Source of the DNA: Cirrosporium novae-zelandiae
Taxonomy: Eukaryota
Length of the DNA: 64,000 nucleotides
NCBI GenBank assembly: GCA_026023565.1
Contig: JAPETS010000002.1
Span: 744,001-808,000 of the forward strand
Reading direction: 5' to 3'
Shown: positions 11,301-20,612 of the stretch, in pieces
Numbering within the stretch: the first letter of the stretch is position 1
Layout of the letters: every line of letters begins with the position of its first letter
Translations under genes and position numbers: made by a program
The notes under the pieces: model-generated
What the model saw: only the letters and a program-made list of their open reading frames with translations
Told to the model about the DNA's origin: nothing
Database searches by the model: none

Positions 11301-12599
11301 CGGAGGAGAAGAAGGGAGCTGTAACTCATCCAAGTCCTGGTCTTCTTCTAAACCTTGGATGGGGTCACTATTGGGTTGCGTTTCATCTTCTTCAAAATCT
11401 GCATCTTGAGAACTATCTCTATGCCGTTTCCTGTGTGTCACATGGCCATGCGAGTAATCGATTTTGATAGGTTTTTGGCCACTGTTTCTAACCATTTGGC
11501 GATAGATTTCGCCTTCGAGAAGATATGGATGCTTCTGAATCGGTAGCCGTGGCCGTAATGGTCGTCTAGGAGATGGAGGATCCATATTTACATCACTTTG
11601 CGGAGTATCATAGTCTTCAATTTGAATCCTGCCATGCTCCGCCTGTAGCGATGACTCTGCGCGGCCATTTTGCGAGCTTGTCTGCGATTGGGGAATTGGT
11701 AGTAAGGCCTCTTTGTCAGCTTCAGCCGTAGCCTTATCAGCAGAGGTGGACTGGTGTAGTTGTGAAGAAAGAAGGCCAACGTTATCCATAATTGTATTGG
11801 TAGCATCTTCCTGTACATCTGTTGTTTCCGGTTTTGCCTCCACGTCCCACATGCTTCCGTGTCGAGAAGACGTTGCAATTGAAGATAACGTAGAAAGAGG
11901 ACTGTCGGTGTCTATCTCCATGAGATCGTAATAGTCTGGCTGGGGTAGGGCCAATTCATCCTTAGGCATAGAATGTTTAACATGCGTACCCTCAGTCTGT
12001 GAACCAGTCGTTCTATTGCCAACCTTAGATTCTCCAGTTTTCAATTTTTGTGCCGCAGATACAGCAGGCACCTCAATTTGAACAGCATAGACTTGCTGTA
12101 TTGTAGTTCTCGGTCCGATTGGCCGTTTTGTACTTTGTGCTATAGACTTTGAATTTAGAGAGGCAATTTTGCCTTTCGTAGTAACGTAACTTGATTCATG
12201 AGCGTTATCATTCTTTTTCGTTCGTTCCTCAGCCCCCTCGACGACCTGGCCGGACAACTTTGGCTGAGTAGAGGAGTTGTTGTTGTTGTCAAAAACATCA
12301 TTAGATTCGTGGGTGCTAGCAAAATTTTTGAGAACCTGTGACGGGAGTGTTTGAGGTAAAGAAAGGCCTGGCTCATTCGTAGCAACCCGATCCGGCATAT
12401 GGAGAACATTTTCTTTGTCTTTTCTTCCTTCGAAGATCTTGCCTCCTTTGTCATGCCTGGGAGGACCTGTATGTCCAATTGTTCCCTCTTTATCAGACCT
12501 CGCATCTGTTTCAATATCACTTCCATAATCTAAACTCAGAATCTCAGCCTCCTCATCCTCCGAATCTGAGACGTAACCGCGATCTTTCCATTGTTCCAT
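5364..12599 (-). CDS. MMS22: Mus7/Mms22 family replication-fork repair protein
   Basis: Very long intronless ORF; likely start MEQWKDRGYVSDSEDEE at 12599; motifs LRPRLPIQKHPYLLE, IKGVLPASWLKLD, LFDFFARNNLAHLRHEE, LRNHQDLLCILYWASPP that I recognise from filamentous-fungal Mus7/Mms22. Confidence 0.85.
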   Translation of the reverse strand: MEQWKDRGYVSDSEDEEAEILSLDYGSDIETDARSDKEGTIGHTGPPRHDKGGKIFEGRKDKENVLHMPDRVATNEPGLSLPQTLPSQVLKNFASTHESNDVFDNNNNSSTQPKLSGQVVEGAEERTKKNDNAHESSYVTTKGKIASLNSKSIAQSTKRPIGPRTTIQQVYAVQIEVPAVSAAQKLKTGESKVGNRTTGSQTEGTHVKHSMPKDELALPQPDYYDLMEIDTDSPLSTLSSIATSSRHGSMWDVEAKPETTDVQEDATNTIMDNVGLLSSQLHQSTSADKATAEADKEALLPIPQSQTSSQNGRAESSLQAEHGRIQIEDYDTPQSDVNMDPPSPRRPLRPRLPIQKHPYLLEGEIYRQMVRNSGQKPIKIDYSHGHVTHRKRHRDSSQDADFEEDETQPNSDPIQGLEEDQDLDELQLPSSPPVFRIPPGVSPKPPRYTSIYDISISDDEFPGIDQLGSRQPRGQVRQTHKRRKIKKALGKDRVSSATQNQNYKKGQASRTLTTTSRRSESSSPILTSSNIKRIRRSGSIITDSTAAPHDEPLSPPPSKGNSSPPEPPGSSAKFQLPRGLSPMHFQTLTTPSEPRKPLAIDTPSSSNSDSEKNSGGTARSTQTAAGNSSEDDESQLQHAQHKIKGVLPASWLKLDLKTRPKIQTWQHRRTPSPNRTPARRGVAIKITRRGKIKSGLQPRDNQVIDISDDSSGSALDTSPRKVIQFQLQASYSHGEKNGSGEDVDDVIEEDHVDPMFPSRRQRDSEHYASGHRKGQPRLSKRYLGERVKSKQSTSLQKYHNSSKRQPKITEHLKAQRTSKSKRKRPPHLGILDGMSNSLPSHQNAPQFLRIAARCAEKRLDKSRHSPGSKFVKLSNIKDTEDAQKVLRNWRAGTIQPTKSKSKKGEVFSTERKSLEQSTGNAPYDSFVTSAFTRIKDVNKASSPSPRPRQQRLTRISSKALKSSITSNTSETSLATRISNHISQSVRKIGRGYLSSAFLDGRIPRAAQLEVAQPIYPPPVRRGLRALLAENPRPGLKRSVDKSIPLRKFLEDEDVVNLPEAPISLSVHNDSSFSENHFRRNVPRKRAPVRISVELDPPILDSSIQDDNQDIANLPSNFENPSHTLQGLGPYNTKYTIDFDTVPFRLGTFFHANTMLGSGEFARSLKFVTSRDLDTLSGSSLITVNSKTYRWGAWDENVSSEIGIVFSSTEEFLDHGQHTSTGDNLCHGLSIFHLMNSVVCYINYHLSFLDPVDRCSFIQRLLVLLKGTWDRLSSLQQNDANKDEFPVGLSVHLLVICYQLLQISEHPLTEPEIKQEIRHLIDGIIQYICSACVTEERIRKIQDLLTTNKQPCQREAGIKDKCIEAEAVIIARHVHAQLPAPKKKFCELINVGLLSHNTAPENLNSLPDLENFWRLIFSLLPLGEIDSSGNLEIGCRFTRPLENWLLVKRLVNRVLDFYPQREGRSSSLNRYIRTLLGRCLHLIKAWGWWKADVIIGALFDFFARNNLAHLRHEENWGSPLFLEELDKNPGLGLDQRDLAFHILLKIIASSLKAMRDHKVPDKQIRGLVWRLMPNHGRRYPKEEEVRQEDLDALRNHQDLLCILYWASPPDSRPKIDVIQGLVDPASSHTQACHLSMRSWENLVKFQLSTDESNETLTPFAKWHDDFTRQMVQQHSTARTEAEVQYTSVPTNARFKVTPTVLESTIANNQRHVEAIISHALESLKVAIFSTKNSSAVTTLLTMSSVSDVFSLFDSKHPRVNGIVIQALGIVSSALDAFKRSEAIEAPQQDSEDSQEYGNWDEFENFVEQDIESNAAKHLIIVIEEPLARLLSNAFGADNTPGDILLRTLIDTWTSVAGMLVKSKKKGWENYLGSYDRASWGSLRDTEQTRKYAAYFMAKIIDTNIECYEDNRMLFLSAWMKALIERESVLKYQHQLTTAILNADLKDPLVVNFPFIKSTGEGHSISAPDFRQHRLQLISTLLSNMRVTLFEIEVTDHSRAISLRHDYKELLKSMMMAMKTNYQELGIGSPKGSYITFVHQVVELLQEHTSDICPVDNFFTDSSAFPLPAKDPTYVVGRLRSYGLRLSDPRTPKQLVVFIQTTSERAAADNRQGYLVSQLVAALSNTFEDGSYDNPTLRAFIINGVIPAYIDMTMNTPMSWVLGKPILEAIRKVLQTLIFDFDILSAKSVNSVIGMISSILIASGVVVNSTINHVDTLNDPIILSLLTHLFLMIQEMLPIIDYVNRSLGNIKPLIEQIKFLRYCGVYFASLVLGQNDISIPDTEPPLTMGSLDNKYAAIRTFARNELRESLTNNWSYHDNRCFVARGHQNKEVLMNDLGDREEETSRLLEGLLEFERVSKRLPAWIAEDEFDVYDGVGRLQDLKRLGWELDIRDLDGGGLNKLNLDDWDLGSLV

Positions 12600-12732
12600 G
12601 AGAGTTGTATAACATAGTGATCCTTCGGGAACGTTATGTACAAGTGGAGTTTGAATTGCAGGCCTTTTACATAGTGGATCTGGGAGTTTGTGTGACATGA
12701 AGTAAAGTACCATGGGGTCTGGGCAAAAAGGC

Positions 12733-12759
12733 GACGCGACTCAGCATTAAACAACGCGT
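12733..12759. promoter_or_regulatory. MCB (MluI cell-cycle box) elements upstream of mms22
   Basis: ACGCGT at 12754-12759 and a near-match ACGCGA at 12734-12739, about 135-160 bp upstream of the start of a replication-repair gene. Confidence 0.6.
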
Positions 12760-12921
12760 TTTAGGTTTAGTTCGGTTGCAGGAAATCTTCGGAACCAGGA
12801 TTCTGCAAGACGTCAGTGGACTATTATTAATTACCTACCTAGGTACCTAGGTAGTTAGTTCTTTGATATTTCATCTTCCTTCTCATTTATATTCATTTAA
12901 TAAGATATAAGATAAACGATA

Positions 12922-13409
12922 ATGAATAGGGCGAGTATTTTCCCAGTTATATTAGCCACAGGTTTTGGTGTTGGTAATGGTATGCAAACTCCCTTTGCTA
13001 ATGCAAATTCGACATCTAATTTCATTTTAAGCCATTTACACATGGAATCCAGCATTGAAAGAACAAAAGCAACAGAAGTTTGAAGCGGCACAGTATTATA
13101 CCCAAAGACCTCATATTTGCAATGATGCTAATCATCTCTAATTTTAGCCCTGGCTTAGTCACAGAAAAAGCCGCTCCCGAATCCTCCCAGAGACTGCAGC
13201 CCACAGAGAACGAGGCTACAATAATATCGAGGAATCAAGACATTGCAAATACTAATATTAATCAACCAAATGCTCTGTCCGAGAACAGACAACAGCCTGT
13301 GTCTTCTCGGTGGCAGTTCTGGTCATGGAGCGGTGGGGCTAAAGCCGATGCCTCAGTGGGAGTAAAAGCTGGATCAAGAATAGAATCAGGATCAGCTGAG
13401 GGGAAATAG
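12922..13409 (+). CDS. Small (126 aa) three-exon protein with N-terminal hydrophobic segment, function unknown
   Basis: Exons 12922-12979, 13032-13092, 13148-13409 (381 nt, phases consistent); introns GTATGC..AAG and GTATTA..TAG with CTAAT branch sites; product MNRASIFPVILATGFGVGNAIYTWNPALKEQKQQKFEAAHPGLVTEK... Confidence 0.75.
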
Positions 13410-14744
13410 ACTACAAGGGAAACAAGTAGAGATAACATAATCTCTATATTCCGCAAAAGGCAGGTGCCGTACAGCTAGAAAGTACAGCATCCAATTCACG
13501 AGCCTCGCATAGAATCAGCCGATACACTAGTCTCCCAGGTTGTGACATGCCGCTCCAAAAGGCAACTGAGATTATGTTGTGCCCTCCAACGCCATAGTAT
13601 ATGATGATTTGGTGTACCAAAGTGCTACTGGATAAATGCTATCGTGTTCATGGATGGAAGATGCTCTGATCATCAGAATCTTCCTAGACAGTCCACGTTG
13701 AATTTCATTGCCAGGATGATTTCAAGAACAAAAAGGCCAAAAAGTTGAGATGCCCCCTCTGCCCAAGGGTCTAAGTTAGTAGTAGCATCCTATGAAAACC
13801 CCCACCCCAGGCCTGCTCATTCTGAGAGGGTGTTCTTCATCCTTCCTTTCCCTTTTCCCCCTATCGGCCTTAAAATTGTTGAGATTTTTATGGTTGTGGT
13901 CGAATTCGAACTTGTGGTGTGTCGTTTCGCAGTACTCCATTGTCCTGACTCTGAAATGCGCTCGGTGTACTGAACAGTCTACCACCGAGCCAATGTGGCC
14001 TCTCGTTGGTTAAGCTGAGCTTAATCTTATACTTAGAGGGTGTCTTTGGGTTCAAGGTGTTGGGGGGGGGAATTAAATTTCGCTGCTAATTACCTAGGTA
14101 CCTAGGTACCTAGACATGTTGGGCTAAAATATTGGGCGACACCTCTGCACCAGCCTTATATCTTCGTCTTCTATTAGCTTCTTAATCGCCCCCGAGGAGA
14201 ACAGGAGCACTCTGCTAAGTTTTATAGCTTATTATCCTACCTACTGATGAAATTTCATATCAATGAGAATTTAATGACTTCATTTAGCCCAGTCCCATTT
14301 ACAATGACCACCATTTTTATTTATAACCATCGCTTATGGACACCCAAATTATTCAGCGTGAAGTATGCTACTATACAGAGATTTAGTTGGTCTTGTCTTC
14401 TATTTAAAAGAAATAATACTTTCATTAGTTTTAATTGGAAAATACCAGCAATACTTTTCTATCGTTCATTCACATAATCTTATAGTTGTGCAATGTTATT
14501 CCTTTTTACCTCCCTAACAACCATAATTTGAGAACATGTGATTTGAAAAGAACGTCCAGAGGTCATGTCATGACCATATCATCAAATATCATAACTTCGT
14601 AGTAAACTTCCTACCAGTATGAGAAACATGAAATCGACACTATACGTCTGCATATCAGCATTTCCACACTTGTTTGCACACCTCTAATACCATTATTAGC
14701 CCGTTTCCCTAATAATTTCATAGTTTTAGGCTCACTCGCCTGCA

Positions 14745-15551
14745 TTAACAGAATTTGAAGCCCCACACAAAAACCCCAATCAACACCCCAATCCCAATCA
14801 TACTCATGGCTAATAGCATCCATTTCTGGTTTTTGTGAAAGCTGCCGTGTCCTTCACTGCTTCTTAATGTTGCTAAATCCGCATCATCTTTGTAGTCGAC
14901 CATGCCTTGCCTAACCTCCCTAAACCTGGACTTGTATTTCGGGCTCGGAACATCGGAATAGTACTCGATCTCCTCAGCCTTCGTGAGATGTGTGCGTTTA
15001 CGCTTAGCAGCTAGTTCTTGTTTTCGAAACTCGGCCATAACAGCACAGCAAGTTTCAGAGAGAAGAGTACCGGCAGACTCAACGCGGTAGATGGGGCGTT
15101 GCCAGCTTCCTAGAATACTACCGTGGCGTGTCGAACCCGTCAAATTCACTGATGTATGAGGGGTCATAGTCATAAGTGTCGGAGTAGGAGGAAGATCGTC
15201 TGGTGGAGGTTCAGCATCTCGGATCCAGGTATGAGGTGGGCTTCGGATGGTGGTGATGGTATCCCAAGATAGTTCGGTTGGCATAGGAGGAGGAGCACGT
15301 CGAGGTGTTGCGTTGACTGAAGGCCATGGAGTCGACGGACGAGGTGGCACGTACTCATGCTCATGACTTGATGATGGTGGAGTGTCAAGGCAGGTAGAGT
15401 AGTCAGAGGATGATAAAGAAGGTGATAGCGTGTGAACCGCAGGAGGCCTCTGAGGCCTGGGTGTTGCATTCTCTGGGTTGCTGATACCAGCCTTAACCCC
15501 AAATGGGTGTATTTTGTGCATAGGGATGGATTCTTGATTGAGATTGGGCAT
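14745..15551 (-). CDS. Hypothetical Pro/Ser/Thr-rich protein with a C-terminal transmembrane helix (tail-anchored-like)
   Basis: 268-codon ORF from ATG 15551; ends WMLLAMSMIGIGVLIGVFVWGFKFC; no family recognised. Confidence 0.6.
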   Translation of the reverse strand: MPNLNQESIPMHKIHPFGVKAGISNPENATPRPQRPPAVHTLSPSLSSSDYSTCLDTPPSSSHEHEYVPPRPSTPWPSVNATPRRAPPPMPTELSWDTITTIRSPPHTWIRDAEPPPDDLPPTPTLMTMTPHTSVNLTGSTRHGSILGSWQRPIYRVESAGTLLSETCCAVMAEFRKQELAAKRKRTHLTKAEEIEYYSDVPSPKYKSRFREVRQGMVDYKDDADLATLRSSEGHGSFHKNQKWMLLAMSMIGIGVLIGVFVWGFKFC

Positions 15552-16108
15552 TTTGGGCAAGTTCACTGTGAACTTATTTGCCAACCTATTTCATAAGGTC
15601 ACAAGAAGCAAATGTGGTCCGAGGAACAAATGCACGGTTTAGCTGGATAATCACTTCGATGAGATAACAGAGTCAAGTCATGAGTTGAGAGCTCAACATA
15701 ACTTTTTGAGAAGCGAAGAACATGAGTTGCACTTCGTAGGACGGAGAATCCGCTGAGATGAGATTTTCGTCCCAATGGATAACTTTACCTTAGGTAGGCG
15801 GATAATCCGAACTGATGCCTGAAGTTCGTCAAGCTGAATACTCGACGCGGATGCGGTGGGTGAGTTGAGTTAGGTGGTGGATAGAATATGAGGTTATCTC
15901 AGGGAGGATTTAGGGAATTTGGGATAGCGGATTGGAGTCAGCAAGAAATGTAGCGTCTTTGTCTACATTTCATTAATCTAATGAAAGGTTTGATAATGAA
16001 GTATAAGACTTTCAAAAACCATTCCTTGCCATGGGTGTGATTTTCAGCCCAGTTTGCACACCTCAACTCCTCCCCTTGATACATTCGCCTTTCAGATACA
16101 ATCCATGT

Positions 16109-18002
16109 TCATTCTACCTCTTCTACGGGCCTACTCATCTGCTTACCTTCCGATGTCCGTGTAAACAATTTACCAGTAGGGGTTCCTAACCATTCCTCAG
16201 GAACACCAATCCTGCTACCTTCCTTGTTGCTTACCCAGCGCACGTACATAGGTTTGGGCTTTTCAACCTCAATCTCTTGGGCACTAGGGGTCGAGTCACC
16301 GGCAGTGTCCGTTGCCCCAGCTTTGCCTCGTCGTTTAGGTGCTTGCTTTTTGAGAAGCCGGTTGATGGTATCCATCTAATCGTGAGCGTACGTTAACTCC
16401 TGCAAGATAAGGCTCTTTAGCAGATATATAACGTACCTTCTCTTCCTCATTACGCTTTTCGCTGAGGTTCTTCCTCCGCCTAGCCATTTCCGCTCGTCGC
16501 ATCGCATGTTCTTCAGCAGTGAGGTGTTTTTTGACTTGAGGTTCTGGGCTGATGTAAGTATTTTAGAGACACTGTTCTTGGATATTTGGGACACGAACCC
16601 ATAGGTAAAGCTAAGAATGCACCTTCGTCACCTTTCCCTCTTTGCCGTTTGGTTAATTTGGCATAATCCGGAGTACTGGTTCCTGTGCCTGTTTCATCAT
16701 CACTATCTGCGTCCACCTCTTCCTCGATTTCTTCGTCATCGGGGACTTCTTCCATTCCTTCATCAACCATTTCTTCGTCATCTTCTTCTACCGGCGTACC
16801 TGTACTTTCGTGGTCATCTGCCACATCGGATGCAAGTTCTGAAAGCTCGTCATCGTCATCATCAAGTGATGCTTCTTTGGACTCGACACTCTTAAGACGG
16901 TGTCCGCTGGCCGCTGTTGTCACCTTGACAGTAGACTTTCCTTTCGTGTTGGTGATCTGTTTAATGATAGGGCGAGGTGGTTCCATAGTATCTTCCATAT
17001 CAACATCGCCATCTGCGTCAACATCATCGTCCTCGTCATCGTCCTCCTCTTCTTCCTCTTCATCTTCCTCATCCATCAAATCATCGTCATCTTCGTCTTC
17101 ACTCGCACTCTCCACTACAATCTGTCTCTTAGCGCGGCTGCTTCGAGGACCTGTTAAGATTTCCCCGCCAACGAAAGCGTCACGCGAATTGACACCAACG
17201 TTTTGGGAAGACTTACGTTTACCGCTGGTGGCTTCACGGAGCTTGTTGGAGGGCATCTTGAAATTGAGATGAATAGATCTTTTGGGGGGTTCTTCAGATG
17301 ATCGTGATGGGGAGTGCGAACTCGAGCGTGAAACAGTGACCTTTGAGGCTGGAGGTGGGACACCTCGTCGAAGTCGAGTTGTACTGGACCTCACTTCGTT
17401 GTGACTGGAGTGAGCTGTTAGATCTTCTGGGCTATCATAGGTAATGCTTGGATTAAGTCGACGAGAACGGCGTGCCATAGCTACTGAGGGAAAAGATATT
17501 TTGATTGTGATAAGAAGAATTAGAGATGTGTGAAATTCAATCAGCGGGGATGTCTAAAAGGCGGTTGAGTTGCAGCAAATGAATAGCCGGGTTCCTTCTT
17601 GAATTAAAGCCAAATTTGACCATTGGGCAAGGCCTTCCATTCAATGCCTCGATGTAGTAGCCGGTGGAAGATGGAGTGAATAAATTCAAACAAGTATGAT
17701 TGATATTCAAAAGCAATGCTTTCCTTCGATCACGCAGCCTCATTTCTCTAATATTTCCTCTGAATGATACAAACTAGGTAAATATATTCAAAAATCCTAG
17801 GGAAGATGCGATATATGAAAGAGATTTAAGAGAAAGGAAAAGTTCAGCCATACCGGATTCCTGCATCAGCTATGCCGATGTTGCTCCTGGATTTGTTCTG
17901 CCTTACGTGGGGCCAATCGATGCTGTTGCTGTTGTCGCTGTCTTCTTCTTCGGTGCTGAGTCCCCGGACTCGTTTGTACTGTCCGTCTGTACGCCTAGCC
18001 AT
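16109..18002 (-). CDS. IES2: INO80 complex subunit Ies2 (PAPA-1 domain)
   Basis: Core exons 17483/17478-16599, 16543-16437, 16375-16109 give LTKRQR...FLALPMEPQVKKHLTAEEHAMRRAEMARRRKNLSEKRNEEEKMDTINRLLKKQAPKRR...VRWVS...GVPEEWL; acidic tracts. Probable upstream exons 18002-17907 and 17860-17854 are less certain. Confidence 0.88.
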
Positions 18003-18458
18003 AACGACTTTGAGTCTATTTCCGCGGCGTTTGATAGCGTCGATAGTCTCCCTTGCAGAATGCGCCGGTCTGACGGTCTGGCGGATTTAGGTTTGTAGAT
18101 GTCCCTGCAATTAGCGGCGAGATGGAGATGCGGTGGGAAATGCCGGGGTATTTGTATCAAAATAGGGATCTACTTATTATATTTGGAGATTATATTTAGA
18201 GGATTTGAACATATGTGATCAAAATACTTTTAGTATATCAAGGACCTTTTTTTCGTTATTCAAAGCTCCTACATGGCCCTGCCTAAGGATGTTGGTATTG
18301 ACCGTGTAACTTCAAGCAATTTATGCCGAGGCATCTCTAACCGAAGGAGCTCTCTACCTCATCTTCAGCCATCTTACTCTATTGGAATCACGTCTCTTTG
18401 CATCCATGTTGAATATATCTATTTAGTAAGAGTGGGATCTTACTACCTTTATATTATA

Positions 18459-19720
18459 ATGGCAGATGATTCTTCTAAACCAGAGGAGCTGTCAATTCCT
18501 TCCTGGCAACGCGCCGCGTCTTCTTCCTCTGAGCCCGCCCCCAAATCCATCCCCGAATCCACTTCTTCTCCGGCGGAAGATGCATCTTCCAAACCAGCTA
18601 AAGTAGACTCGATATCCTCGCGATCGGCTCTTCTTGAGCAAGCTACCATATTTCTACAAGATGATGATATTCGCGATGCACCTACATCTCGCAAAATAGA
18701 GTTTCTAGAAAAGAAGGGCCTCACAAATGATGAGATCCAAACATTGCTTGGTGTTTCTCGGAATGTGGAAACTTCAGAGTCAACACTAAAATCAGACCTG
18801 GAGAAGGAGGAATCAGAGATCGAAATTACAGAACAGAACAATAAAAAAGCGGTATGAACTCCTGGCGAAATTCATGAATCAATACATACAATACTAATGT
18901 TCTAGTCCAGCCACCCAATCCTCCGGAAACCAAATCAACACCTACCTCTAAACACACATTTCCCTCTGATCAACCTCCAATAATAACATACCCTGAGTTC
19001 CTTGACAGGTCCCGTCGCGAGCAGAATCACAAGTCTCCATTGCTTACTCCCCGTACTCTTCTTACAACTGCCTACATCACCGCAGCTTTTGGTGCAACTC
19101 TCTGGGCCGGGACCAAATATATCCTTAATCCAATGTCTACCTCTCTTACGGAAGCCCGTCATGATCTTGCCACTATCACAAAGGGCCATCTCGACGAGAT
19201 AGTCGAGAAGCTAGAAGATATTGTTTCAGAAGTTCCACCAAAAGAACCCCGAAGCCGCAAACAAGATGAAGACGAAGGAGATACTTTAAGTATTGATTCT
19301 GATCCTACGGAGCTCTTCCATCGGGATATCGCAACACAGACAACCCCATCGCTCGTCGAATCAGCTACTGTTACTCCCCCAGAACCATCTCCTAACCCTA
19401 TGAGTGTTCTAGAAAAACAAGTTACCAGTGTTGGCAAATTACAAGGTCAGCTTCGCTCCGCAATCGAATCGGCCCCAGCAAATTCTGTTTCTCAATCCTC
19501 AACTCTTTCCGCGTTGACGGACCTACATACCTACCTCTCCACACTTGCATATTCCTCATCTATGAATTATAGCATGGGCGGATGGCCGGACATTAAGGAG
19601 AAGGAAGAAGAAGATGCAATAGAAGCAGTAAAGAAGGAAATTAGAGGTGTCAAAGGCGTGTTATTGGCCGCTAGAAATTTTCCAGCAAGAACACCAATGA
19701 GAGGAACCGGTGGACAATAG
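18459..19720 (+). CDS. Pex14/17 (Pex33)-like peroxin with Pex14 N-terminal domain
   Basis: Exons 18459-18851 and 18911-19720; LLEQATIFLQDDDIRDAPTSRKIEFLEKKGLTNDEIQTLL (Pex14_N), PPIITYPEFL, TM segment, SDPTELFHRD, C-terminal KKEIRGVKGVLLAARNFP. Confidence 0.82.
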
Positions 19721-19939
19721 AAGAGTGTAAGAATGTATAAAACACAAACAACATTTCTGAATGGATTAATTGGCTCAAAATCTCGGCATCCCAAGCCGTC
19801 CTCATGTGCCGACATACATCCGGGATCCCCCCGAGGTTACATCCCGCCATCTAATCTTCTCACCTTTCAACCTTCCTGTTATTCCTCTTGCAGTTCTCTT
19901 GTCATCTATTCAATTGCTTCCTTACCTCTTCAATGAGTC

Positions 19940-20064
19940 GGTGGGATGGCCGAGTTGGTTATGGCGCCAGGTTAAGGTCCAACCTTAACACAACAGCTCT
20001 TGCAAATGTGAGAAGACATTTCCTGGTTCCGCAAGGAGCGTGGGTTCGAGTCCCACTCCCATCA
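19940..20064 (+). tRNA. tRNA-Leu(AAG) with 43-nt intron (19978-20020)
   Basis: Acceptor GGTGGGA/TCCCATC, A-box TGGCCGAGTTGG, anticodon arm CCAGG-TTAAGG..T-CCTGG, long variable arm TCC-GCAA-GGA, T arm GTGGG-TTCGAGT-CCCAC, downstream T run. Confidence 0.95.
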
Positions 20065-20612
20065 TCATCTTTTTTGTTTAAGATAGTGGATTGTCCAGGA
20101 CGGGATGGATAATAGGTTAATTTCGGTTGAGTCCTAGATACATAATTTTTTATGGCTTCATATCCAGTAAAGGACGAGGAAGAAGAAAACTGGCTATTCT
20201 GCGAGAAAGCCAAATTATTATTTTCTCGTGCGTGATAAAGTAAGCCAATGCTTGTCGTGTCGTGCCTGTGTAGGTGGCCTAAGGCTGGAAAGGTAGAAAG
20301 TATGACGTTTCCCCCACAACGAAGCTTCATTTCTTTCTCAACAATCATCAAACCAATATTTCGCAGCATAATCTCGTCTAATAAGCCTTTCTATACAATA
20401 TTTGTCTGTAAATTTATTCATTAATTCCACCAACAGCCGCATTCTATTTAGACCCCTCGCAACCGACTATGAACAAAAGGCAGTATTTCTTGTCGTTCCA
20501 ACTCTCAAGACGCCCGCAAGGATCTCACCCAACTGTGACGAAACGCCGTATCCCAAGTCCCCGCTTAGCTTCCATAATACCATCCAATATTTTTCGATCG
20601 TGATTCTGGTGT

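Noticed and set aside
12600..12713. Upstream 38 codons of the mms22 ORF
   Set aside because: The family-like sequence begins at MEQWKDRGYV (12599), and the upstream ATG lies almost on the MCB boxes.
13566..13644. CTGAGATTAT ... CTGGATAAATGC, resembling a fungal TPP riboswitch
   Set aside because: The CTGG/CCAG stem and the CTTGAT and AGCG core are missing, and there is no thiamine gene adjacent.
16617..17272. Ser-rich + strand ORFs
   Set aside because: Antisense shadow of the acidic tracts of Ies2.
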